DNA of 64,000 bases from Octopus sinensis. Lineage: Eukaryota. The stretch covers positions 13,330,001 through 13,394,000 of the forward strand of contig NC_043007.1 of NCBI RefSeq assembly GCF_006345805.1, written 5' to 3'. The translations under genes were made by a program, and so were the position numbers. The notes beneath the pieces were generated by a model. The model was not told the DNA's origin. It did not search any database and saw nothing but the letters and a program-made list of their open reading frames with translations. Shown in pieces: positions 1 through 12,337 of the stretch (position 1 is its first letter; each line of letters begins with the position of its first letter).

Positions 1-739
1 CTTATCTAGCAGCCTTGAAATTTCAATGATGTAATTGATTATTTCTAGAATGTATGGAAGCACTCTATCGGTTACAACGACGAGGGTTCCGGTTGATCCG
101 AATCAACGGAACAGCCTGCTCGTGAAATTAACGTGTAAGTGGCTGAGCACTCTACAGACACGTGTACCCTTAACGTAGTTCTTGGGGATATTCAGCGTGA
201 CACAGAGAGTGACAAGGCCGGCCCTTTGAAATACAGGTACAACAGAAACAGGAAGTAAGAGTGAGAGAAAGTTGTGGTGAAAGAGTACAGCAGGGATCAC
301 CACCGCCCCCTGCCAGAGCCTCGTGGAGCTTTAGGTGTTTTCGCTCAATAAACACTCACAATGCCTGGTCTGGGAATCGAAACCGCGAGTCCGCTGCCCT
401 AACCACTGGGCCATTGCGCCTCCACATATTTTTAGAATGACATTGTAGGGTAGATGCGAAAGGCCTGATTTGACTAGTTTGAACAAAAAAAAAAAAAAAG
501 AAAAACGTAAAATATTTAGGCCTGATATAGTTATTTAAGTGCCAAATGGTAATAGATTTGTCTTGATTTTGTACTTTTGAGATTTCGAGTGTTTAATTTT
601 AGAATGACATAAATTTAAATGCTAGTGGTTCAACCTATCAGCATTTAAACTGACCATATCTGGCCCAAATATTCTGTTTCATGTACAAACTGGTCAAATT
701 AGGCCTTTCACACCTACTCCACAATGTCATTTTAAGAAC

Positions 740-1745
740 AAATGATGATGATCATTGTTTAACGTCCGTTTTCCGTGCTAGCACGGGTTGAACGGTTCGA
801 CCGGGGTCTGGGAAGCTAGGAGGCTGCACCAGGCTCCAGTCTGATCTGGCAGTGTTTCTACAGCTGGATGCCCTTCCTAATGCCAACCACTCCATGAGTG
901 TACTGGGAGCTTTTTATGTGCCAGGAGAGGCTGGCATCGGCCATGTTAGGATGGTGCATTTTACGTGCCGCCGACACAGGTATCACAACTACAATTTCCA
1001 TTTGATATTTATTTTGATGTACTTGACTCAATAGGTCTCGTGCCACCGGCACAGAAGCCAGTCAAGGTGGCGCTGGCATCAGCCACGTTTGGATCATCAT
1101 CATCGTTTAACGTCCGCTTTCCATGCTAACATGGGTTGGACATATGACTGAGGGCTGGCGAACTAGATGGCTGCACCAGGCTTCAATCTTGATCTGGCAG
1201 AGTTTCTACAGCTGGATGCCCTTCCTAACGCCAACCACTCTGAGTGTAGTGGGTGCTTTTATGTGCCACTGGCACAGGGCCAGTCAGGCGGCACTGGCAA
1301 CGACCTCGCTCGAATCTTTTACACATGCCACTGGCATGGGTGCCAGTAAGGCAATGCTGGTAACGATCATGCTCGAATGGCGTCTGTTACGTGCCACCGG
1401 CACAGAGGCCAGGTAGCCGCTCTGGCAACATCATCATCATCATCATCGTCGTTTAACGTCCGTTCTCCATGCTAGCATGGGTTGGACGGTTCGACCGGGG
1501 TTCTGGAAGCCAGAAGGCTGCACCAGGCTCCAGTCTAATCTGGCAATGTTTCTACAGCTGGATGCCCTTCCTAACGCCAACCACTCCGTGAGTGTAGTGG
1601 GTGCTTTTTACGTGCCACCTGCACAGGTGCCAGGCGGGGCTGGCAACGGCCACGGTCAGATTGGTGTATTTTATGTGCCACCGGCACGGAAGCCAGTCGA
1701 GGCGGTGCTGGCATCGGCCACGAGTCGGATAGTGCCCACGAGTCG
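740..1745 (-). mobile_element. Cluster of retroposon family C ((TGA)n tail, variable ~60-nt repeat array)
   Basis: Three adjacent copies of CATCATCGTTTAACGTCC...CAGCTGGATGCCCTTCCTAA.GCCAACCAC. Also at 6340-6700, 47500-47935, 49990-50370, 57930-58950, 61040-61600. Confidence 0.85.
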
Positions 1746-1957
1746 CATTGAAATCTCAAAGCTACAAGATAATGTATGGTTAATTTGAAACAACATGAAT
1801 AAATGAACATTATATTTGACAGAGTAATTTGAATGCTGAAGGATTAAAGCAACTTTGCATACAGGACCTGAAGGACCTATGAAGACATATAAAATCGTGC
1901 ATTTTATATGCCACCAAATAAGGTAAACAAATACAAGTTTATGATAGTTTCAGTTAC

Positions 1958-2176
1958 CCTTCTAGAAACAATAAGTAAAAGACATTCTGCCGCCATTAAC
2001 TGGAGTGACTTGTCATTTAGTAGCAGACACAACAACCGTAGAAGAAGACTATTGTCATCAAGAATATGACTCATTGGTACCCACTCTACAAAACCACACA
2101 GGGTCTGTAGAACAGCTTCACATACTCGACAGTGGACCAGTGCCCTCATCTGAAAGTCTCTCTCTGTGCTTTGTTG
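1958..2176 (-). CDS. XPO5: XPO5 coding exon 6 (219 nt; alternative start at 2149 possible)
   Basis: TTTTCAG acceptor; QQSTERDFQMRALVHCRVCEAVLQTLCGFVEWVPMSHILDDNSLLLRLLCLLLNDKSLQLMAAECLLLIVSRR; GTAACT donor. Confidence 0.9.
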
Positions 2177-5100
2177 CTGAAAAGGAAACAAAAACAAAAT
2201 AGTTAGAAATTAATCATCAATTGTCATTTCTCTTACATTATTTACACTTGACGGATATTTGTTCTCATCTTGTTTGTTCTAACGGTTCAGATGATATATC
2301 CTCCAGCCTTTATCAGGTGTCTTGGGGAAATTTCGAACCATCTTTACCTCCTTCCATGCAACTTCTGTCCACCCTTATATAATGTGGGGTGGTCAATCTC
2401 CTTTATAGCAAGACACTTGTGCTTGTCCCTCTATCATACCTTAGCCTCTGAAAAAGGGGCTTTTTCCCTTTATTTCCCTGTTATTTTCCTGTCTTACAAG
2501 TGCCAGTGGCATGGAAAAAGTACCCAGTTTACACTGCAAAGTGGTTAGCATTAACCCCTTTGACACCGGTATTACCCATTGATAAGGACCAGCTATGCTT
2601 AGGGGACATTTGGAGAAGATGATGCTCAGGCACCAATTGATGGCCATATCCATGTAAAACTTATTGAAACGTCAATTTATGATGATAACTGTTCTCTAAT
2701 GAAACATCAATTCATGATGTCTGCCATTTAGGGGTTAAACAAATAAATAAATATATAACTCACGGAGTGGTTGGCGTTAGGAAGGGGCATCCAGCTGTAG
2801 AAACACTGCCAGACCAGACTGGAGCCTGGTGCAGCCCTGGCTTCTCAGACCCCGGTCGAACCGTCCAGCCCGTGCTAGCACAGAAAACGGACGTTAAACG
2901 ATGATGATAACAGCTATTAATAGGTGTAATTTCATTTTTGATCTTAACCCCTTAACGCCGGTATTACCCGAAGCATGCGAGACACCACTCCAGTTTTTTT
3001 AATCTAATGAGGCCACGCAAATACACAAGTGCCAACGAGCTCGCGTCTATTTACGTTCACCGTTGCAATAACATAGCGTCGTACATTTACGTCTACTGGT
3101 TTATGAAATGGGAAGAACTCCGTCGGTCACGACGACGAGGGTTCCGGTTGATCCGAATCAATGGAACAGCCTGCTCGTGAAATTAACGTGTAAGTGGCTG
3201 AGCACTCCACAGACACATGCACCCTTAACGTAGTTCTCGGGGATATTCAGCGTTACACAGAGAGTGACAAGGCTGGCCCTTTGAAATACAGGTACAACAG
3301 AAACAGGAAGTAAGAGTGAGAGAAAGTTGTGGTGAAAGAGTACAGCAGGGATCACCACCACCCCCTGCCGGAGCCTCGTGGAGCTTTAGGTGTTTTCACT
3401 CAATAAACACTCACAACACCCGGTCTGGGAATCAAAACCGCGATCCTATGACCGCGAGTCCGCTGCCCTAACCACTGGGCCATTGCGCCATGGTTTATGA
3501 AAACGAATTATGTGAAGCTATTTATCATAAATGAATTATTCTGCTCAAGTTCAGCCACGTTCGGATGGTGCTTTTTACATGTCACCGGCATGGGTATCAC
3601 AACTACAATTCAGGTATCACAACAACGATTATAAATATCAGGTGAGGCATTGATTTTCACTTACCAATGATTGATACTGTCCCTTGTGATAATTGAGTTT
3701 GGCCAAGAAAAATTTAAAAAGGTCTCCTAAGTTAGCCGTTAGTGTCTGTTGGATTTCTCGTCGCCGCTGTTGTGGAATGCTCTGAAATGCAATGACATCT
3801 TCAACGACTCGTAGAAAGACCATAAGAACCAGCTCAGTTTGAGTTTCCTGTAGAAGAGAGAATAAAAAAAAGATAAATCATTTCACAATATCATCATCAT
3901 CATCGTTTAACGTCTGTTTGCCATGCTGGCATGAGTTGGACGGCTTGACAGGAACTGGCAAAACCAGGGTCTGCCCCAGGTTCCATAGACTAGTTTGGTT
4001 TGGTTTCTATGGCTGGATTCTCTTCCTAATGCCAGCCACTTTACAGAATGTACTCTTTACTCTTTTACTTGTTTCAGTCATTTGACTGCGGCCATGGGAC
4101 AAACACAGACACACATACATATACATATATATATACATACACATACATACATACACCGCCTATAATAGAATTGGTTCGACTGTGGCTTTGAAGATTTCAA
4201 GTTGGAAATCTCTACTTAGAGACTGAACCTAGAATTATGTGGTTGTGAAGCAAACTTCAGACAGCCATGTCTGTATTGAAATAGACCAGTCCAACCTATG
4301 CCAGAATGGAAGAATGGACATTAAGAATGTTGGTAATATCACACAAAACCCCTAAAAAGAAAAAAAATTTTGAATACAACACAAACCCCTTGACGGCTTA
4401 GTATTTCCAAATCTTTTAGTAACGTTGCCCAAAGTTGAGGCCAATCTCTTTTAAGAATTTCTACAGTTATCCGAGACACTGCATCTTTAATATGATGTTC
4501 TTCCACCAGAATACCTTGTGTTCCCTGAAGAAATAAAAGAGAGAAGAAAAGATGTAAGGAGGAGCCACCAATAATAAATAACATTGTAAACAAGAACAGA
4601 ATTATAGGAAGTTCTTCGTCAAAGAGTTTAGGAACTGGAATAGTGGTTGCTATTGGCACTGTTTTGTGGATGTTGGGAAAAATTGATATTCTTCTGTGCC
4701 CTTTAAGCCTTTAGCATTCAGGTTCCTCTCTCTCTCTTTTTACCCCTTTACTTGTTTCAGTCATTTGACTGCGGCCATGCTGGAGCACCGCCTTTAGTCG
4801 AGCAAATCGACACCAGGACTTATTCTTTGTAAGCCTTGTACTTATTCTATCGGATCTCTTTCGCTGAACTGCTAAGTTACGGGTATGTAAACACACCAGC
4901 ATCAGTTGGGGTGACAAACACAGACACACAAACATATATACACATACGTATCTTACAGAGATTTGGACCGACTGAGACCCGGCTTGATGGGGTGCCCAGG
5001 AGGAATTGGCAATATACCAACAAATAGTGAGTGCAGCAACATGATGTGATGGCACATGGCACCACCAACACACATACACCTGACCTGATGAGAAACTTAA

Positions 5101-8100
5101 AAACTCAGAAAATCCTAAAAAAAAAATTTTTTTTTAATAAAATTTTTAAAATGCAAAAAATTAAAATCTCAAGATCACTTACTGTTGAAATTAATTCCAG
5201 GGCACTTTTCTTCATTCGATTTTTCTCTTCTGGTGTCAGGTCATTCCAACGATATCTACAATAGGTTAAAAAAATGAAGAGATCAAACACTTTTTGTTTA
5301 TGGCATTTATTTTCCAATGTCAGAAAAGGAAGAGATAGGCTCAGAAATCATAAGAAGTCTAAAACCTTTAACACCCCAGTTACTCTATTAAATGTTAAGC
5401 TTATTTATTCACACTGTTTTGGGTTAATCATAGCTTATCTCATAGCTTTGGCTTTTGATGGTGAGTTTGTTGTTTTTAGAGTGACATTGTAGGGTAAGTG
5501 TGAGAAGTCAGACTAATCAGTTTAAATATAAAACAAGTTTATGATTTATGTAATGTTTAGGCCAGCCACAGGTTGGCGCAGGAGTGGCTGTGTGGTAAGT
5601 AGCTTGCTAACCAACCACATGGTTCCGGGTTCAGTCCCACTGCATGGCATCTTGGGCAAGTGTCTTCTGCTATAGCCCCGGGCCGACCAATGCCTTGTGA
5701 GTGGATTTGGTAGACGGAAACTGAAAGAAGCCTGTCGTATATATGTATATGTATGTGTGTGTGTGTGTGTGTCTGTGTTTGTTCCCCTAGCATTGCTTGA
5801 CAACCGATGCTGGTGTGTTTACGTCCCCGTCACCTAGCGGTTCGGCAAAAACAGACCGATAGAATAAGTACTGGGCTTACAAAAAGAATAAGTCCCGGGG
5901 TCGAGTTGCTCGACTAAAGGCGGTGCTCCAGCATGGTCACAGTCAAACGACTGAAACAAGTAAAAGAGTAAAAAGAGTAAGGGACCCGTGGTGGCGGTGG
6001 CTTTGGTTGTTGCAGCCTCCATTTTCCTTCTTGCCGTTTCTCTCCCTCTTTCCTGTCGTTCAGCTTCAAAATGATTTGTCACAGTGGAGATGGAAGGGTG
6101 CCAGCCTGTTGAGTAATGGGGGTCGCTGTAAATGACTCACACGCCACCCCTGAAATTGCTGGTCTTGTGCCAAAATTTGAAACCAATATTTAGGTTGGCG
6201 TTAGGAATGGCATCCAGCTGTAGAAACTCTGCCAGATCAAGATTGGAGCCTGATGCAGCCATCTGGTTCACCAGTCCTCAGTCAAATCGTCCAACCCATG
6301 CTAGCATGGAAAATGGATGTTACATAATGGTAATGATAAAAAGTACCATTCGAGTGTGATTGTTATCAGTGTCACCTTACTTGCACTTGTGCCGGTGGCA
6401 CGTGAAAAGACATTCGAGCGAGGTCGTTGCCAGTGCTGCTGGACTGGCCCTGTGCAGATGGCACATAAAAACACCATTTGAGCGTGGCCGTTGCCAGTAC
6501 CACCTGATTGGCCCTCGTGCCAGTGGCATGTAAAACACCCACTACACTCTCAGAGTGGTTGGTGTTAGGAAGGGCATCCAGCTGTAGAAGCTCTGCCAGA
6601 TCAGATTGGAGCCTGGTGCAGCCATCTGGTTCGCCAGTCCTCAGTCAAATTGTCCAACCCATGCTAGCATGGAAAGCGGACGTTAAATGATGATGATGAT
6701 TTAAATGCTAAAGGATTAAGCAAGATGTAAATTTTAGGAGCTGACTATAGTTGACATTGCTTAAATCCAGGCCAGTTATGATCCCAAAGACATTCTAAAC
6801 TTTCAAGCACATTGCACCTTGGACTGTATTACTTAATCTTTTTCCTTTTAAGATGAGAAGGCATAACAAGAATTTGGCAGCTATTTCTAATAGATCAATG
6901 ACCACACGGAAACTTCTTTGGCTGTAGCCATATTTAAATGCATAATTTTGCAGGTCCATGGCTAAGTGGTTAAGGTGTTTGGCTTATAATCATACTGGCT
7001 CCACTGAGAGAGAGAGAGAGATATCGGATCTTTTCGGTTTGAACGACAGTTTTTTCTAGCGGTGTCATATGAAATTGTCACCCATAATTATGACCCTAGT
7101 ATCGATCTATTGCATTCCAATGTTTTAGGGTTAGGGTTGGTTAGGGGGAAGGGTATCTTTTTCTTTAGAAATGTAAATAAACCCAATCTGTTTCTAAAAC
7201 GAGGGACATATTCATATGGCACAGAATGTTTTTTACCTCAATAGACGTCATTGATTGGTTGAAATTGCAGAAATTGAAGAAAAAAAAAACAACAAATATC
7301 TTACAAACTACAAAATTTTCTCAATAAAGCCAAGAGAAAAAGATGTTTTGTAAACACATTCTACCAGTGAACGAATTTCAAAATTTTTTTAGTTACCTAG
7401 AAATTATGTTAAAAAACTGCCGTTCAAACCGAAAAGATCCGAGATATCTTGTAACTTACTTGATACAATGCTCTAGAAGCTGGAGACCAAAATGCCGTAT
7501 GATGGGGGAGTAATCCTTCTGAGCCAGAATCAGACCAAACTTTATACTCTTGGAAGGCATTTCCTTCAGTTCATCACAGACCTGAAAATAAAAGAGAGCA
7601 AATTCAATAACATGATTTAAAATATTCTTCCTTTTCTTCACCACTTAATATCCGCTTTTTCATGCTTGCAGGAGCCACAGAGTATTTGTCGAGGCAGATT
7701 TTCTACAGCTGGATGTCCTTGCTGTCACCAACCCTCAGCAGATTCCTTGGCCAGACATGTTTTACAGTGATGCTTGTTTACAGCTATTTTACTTGCTTCA
7801 GTCATTTGACTGTGGCCATGCTGGAGCACCACCTGTAGTCGAGCAAATCGACCCCCAGGACTTATTCTTTGTAAACCTAGTACTTATTCTATCGGTCTCT
7901 TTTTGCCGAACCGCTAAGTTACGGGGACGCAAACACACCAGCATCGGTTGTCAAGCAATGTTGGGGGGGACAAACACAGACACACAAACATATATAATAT
8001 GTATATATATATATATACGACGGGCTTCTTTCAGTTTTCGTCTACCAAATCCACTCACAAGGCTTTGGTCGGCCCGAGGCTACAGTAGAAGACACTTGCC

Positions 8101-10818
8101 CAAGGTGCCACGCAGTGGGACTGAACCCGGAACCATGTGGTTCGTAAGCAAGCTCCTTACCACACAGCCACTCCTGCGCCTATCATTTGAAGACAGACAC
8201 ACACACACTGTTAAGTTTGACAGAATAAACTGAATGCTAAAGGGTTAAATCCCATGTTTATTAAATGATGTATCATCATCATCATCTCCATCTAATGGCC
8301 GTCTTCCATGCTGGCAAGCATAAAGATGCACCAGTTATCATTGATCCCCTCATCGACCCCCAGGCATGTACAAGAAAATAAATAAATAGTGCAGTTTCAA
8401 GGCATTTATTGATCCCTCGAATAGTCCCATCGACCACTTTGGAGACCCCTGCACTAAGATGGCAAGTTCAAAGGTTTGGGGTTCAGTCAATAATAATGAT
8501 GATGATGATGATGATAATAATAATAATAATAGTTTCAAATTTTGCCACAAGGGCAGAAACTTGGTGGGGAAGAGATGAATCAATTACATCGACCCCAGTG
8601 TACAACGGGTACTTAATTTATCGACCCCAAAAAGGATGAAAGGCAGAGTCGACCTCGGCGGAATTTGAAAGCAGAATGGAGTGACGGGTGAAATACTGCT
8701 AAGCATTTCGTCCCGCGTGCTATAATAATAATAATAATAATATGCCCTGATGCAGTACCAGGCAGTGGCTCTCATGGCTTCTGATCTCAACTAATTGGAA
8801 GTGTTATCATGTACATTGTTTTTTCTTGGTATAAAAGATTGGCTACAGCAAATATTAGGCTCAATACCACAGATTTGCCTCTGAGTTGTTTGACCATAAC
8901 CAGTTGAGCATGTCCCTTAGTGGCTGATGATATGTGCATCTCTGATCATGAGCAGAAGTAGTGGGGGAGCATCATAGCCATGTGTTGAGAGGGATTCTTT
9001 GGGGTTTGAATAATTCATCTCTGGAAACATGGGTGCTCCGTTCAACATCCTTAAACAACCCTTATTCAGGGAGCTTTTGAGCAGGATGGGTTACTCAACC
9101 AGAAGAAAATTCTAACTGGGCCCCACCTGCAAGATCGTGCATTGTTTACCTTGAGATCACCATGTCGTGCACATATGGTCGTGATGCATGTGCCTGGTGT
9201 ACCTTTATCAGACGGGTAGTCAAGATGGGTATATTGGGCTTTGTATATTTTACCCCAGTGTCACTTTGATGGCATGCACTGCTCTCTCACTCAATAATAA
9301 TAATAATAACGACAACAACAATATCATTATTATTAATAATAATCTTTTCAGCCTATAGTAATTTTGGGAAGAAGCTAAGCCGATTAAATTGGCCCAGTGT
9401 ATAACTGGTACTCGTTCCATCGACCAATAATAATAATCCTTTTTATTGTAGGCACAAGGCCTGAAATCTTGGTAGTGGGTGGGGGATGTTTAGTCGATTA
9501 CATCGACCCCAGTGTGTAACTGGTACTTATTTCATCGACTCCGAAAGGATGAAAGGCAAAATTAACCTCGTTGGAATTTGAATTCAGATCGTAAAGACGG
9601 ACGAAATGTCGCTAAGCATTTTGACCGGAGTGCTAACGATCCTGCCATCTCGCCGCCTTAAAAACAATTAATAGCAATGATAAAGATGAGCATAAGTGAT
9701 CGGTAAATATTTATTGCATCTCAGCCGGTGTTATGAACTAGTTTCTGAGAAAGGTCTATAGAACTGCTAGAAGTAGCTGTCAAATCACAGCCTTAATAGA
9801 AAATGAATGATGTATTAGAGAGGATATAGTTCTAAAGATCGAAAAAAAAAAAATAAAAGATGGGATGTGCACGCATGGAACGTCTGCTTAAATCATGGCT
9901 GACGAAGGGCTTAAGAACAATTGAGAAAATAACGAAGCCACGAAGGGAGGATACTACGCGACAGAAAGAACTGTTAGAAATAGCAGTCAAGTCTCACAGC
10001 CTACCGTCTTAAATAAAAGATAATGGCAGAATTCAAGAAGGGGAATGATCACAGTTGGAACTACTTTGATCATAGCTCTGGCAGCTCGATCGGGGCTAAA
10101 AAAAAACAGACAACCACTGAGGAATAAGCAAGATTTCACTGATATGGTGCCTTATTCCTGATGAGAAAACTCCACCGCGCAGCTCCTTAAACAAAAGAAC
10201 CTATCTCCGCACCCGTAATACCTTATACTTCATACCCAATGTGAAAATCGATTTCTGTCTCACAAACCTTTGAACAAAGAGAACATCCCGATAAAAGACC
10301 CCGGTTTTAATTTGTTATTCTACAAGTATAGTAGTAGAAAGAAAGTGCGTGTCAGACGTGGTAGTGTTATTATGGAAATTTGATATATAATTAAGGTAAA
10401 AATAAAAATTAAATTAAAAGCTTAGCGAACAAGGAACGTGTAGCTTGTTTCTAAGAGAAGAAGAATCAGTAATGAAGGAGAAAGAAAGAAAAAAGTGTTT
10501 ATTAATGAAGAAGCCGGTCAGTGGTTGTTAGAAGAACGGGGATTCCCCCTTTGTAAACGACACAATTATAATATCTGATTAGCACGCGATGGAAATCCTC
10601 TCCAAATATTTTAATTAGCATTAATTTTGAGACTAGCAATATCGGACTGTCCGATGATGGCTAAACTGGCCGAAACTTCGAAGTCCCTCTCAGTACTATT
10701 CTTGTTGGTAAAGAATAATAAATTTGCACTCTACCGAAAGTATTGAGTAATGCTTCAGATTAAAGTTAAATTGTTTTGTATTATAATATAAAAAACAAGC
10801 AATATTTATATAGAAGTA

Positions 10819-10855
<37 letters not shown>

Positions 10856-11708
10856 ATATATCCGAAATGAATGCGAGAGAAAACAAAGCCTTCCACATAT
10901 GCACAAAAACAACCGAGAACAATAAAGAAACGTGTGGCCATTGCTCGCTAATTGGGATAAATTAGAATGCGTTGAGCCGAAAATATAGAGATCGTTTTTA
11001 CATTAGCAAAAAAAGAATTCTTTTATTAATTAAGATAGACATCTATTGTAATATATATATATATATATATTTTGTTTCTTCAATTCGAGGATATACATAC
11101 ATATATATATATATGTATACTATACCAAAATTAACCAAGCCACCTTGCTCCTCTTTACCTACCTATCTATCTACCTACCTACCCCGGCGAAATTCCAGAT
11201 ATGGCTACTGTTATTTCTTTTTTATTTTGTCACCAATAATTTCTTGACAGTAGAAACTGAAGCAGTATCAATAATTTTACAAGCAGGTAGCATCTAAATA
11301 ATGGTCTCTGCAACATTTTTTTTTTTTTTTTTTTGCTTTCTTCCTTTCTTTTAATAAAAACCAAAACGTAACCAGCAAAGATAATTTACATTTATAAAAG
11401 TAAAAGGCATTTTTAATTTAAGATTAATTAAAACAAAAAAACTATTCGCAAATAAATTAATTTTTGCCGAATGCATGTATGTATGATGGCGTTTCACAAT
11501 TAATCTGTACTTTAAGAACCGGTCTTTTAGACTCTCTAAAACGATCATCCGTTACAATAAAATGGTTATTTTGGTGCCCATTGGATCCTTCCAATAACTC
11601 TGACGTAACTTTTAACCTCAATTTTGTAAGAAGCAAAAGAGATGTGTTTTAGCCGGTCACTCTACCTTGACATAGTCAAGTGCGCGCGCTTATGTATTCA
11701 TGTATGTG

Positions 11709-11747
<39 letters not shown>

Positions 11748-11789
11748 GTTTGGTAGGCCAGTCAGGAAATATAGAACTCTGTGTGTGTG

Positions 11790-11822
<33 letters not shown>

Positions 11823-12297
11823 CGGCAAAGTTACAAAAATGACTCCAGGGCAGATAGTTTCGTGTATACCTCTAAACAACCCGAATCCATCCACGCTATG
11901 CAAGAACCACGTTACCAGATTTTAAATCTGATAAGAGCCATACACGAAAATCTGGGCCCTTGAGTCCGCTTTGTAATATTCTACAGATTAAAAATTAAAA
12001 GTATATATATATATACCAATTAAGGACTGAACACGAAAAGTGGACAGTCAACATGCTAGATATAGACGTCAAATCGCCATTCTCCACAAAGATTATGTTC
12101 TCAAATCAAACTCAAAGTTTGATTTGAGAACATAATCTTTGTGGAGAATGGCGATTTGATGTCTATATCTAGCATGTTGACTGTCCACTTTTCGTGTTCA
12201 GTCCTTAATTGGTATATATAAATATTTTAACCTTCGGATTCTTTTTAATATGCTAGACCACTGGTTTTAATTGATAAATATCAATTTCTACCCTTAA

Positions 12298-12337
<40 letters not shown>

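Noticed and set aside
2660-2730. Possible intronic C/D snoRNA (ATGATGA box) in XPO5
   Set aside because: No D box (CTGA) at a suitable distance and no terminal stem; the pattern is a short local duplication.
7757-8233. 158-aa ORF and the many similar ORFs containing [28 protein letters not shown] or YQIHSQG...EDTCPRCH
   Set aside because: Translations of SINE family B recurring at more than 12 loci; not genes.
10644-10690. Second hammerhead-like motif (CCGATGA-TGGCTAAACTGGCC-GAAACTTCGAAGTC)
   Set aside because: U4 is replaced by C and no stem I can form; at most a dead Penelope-type remnant.
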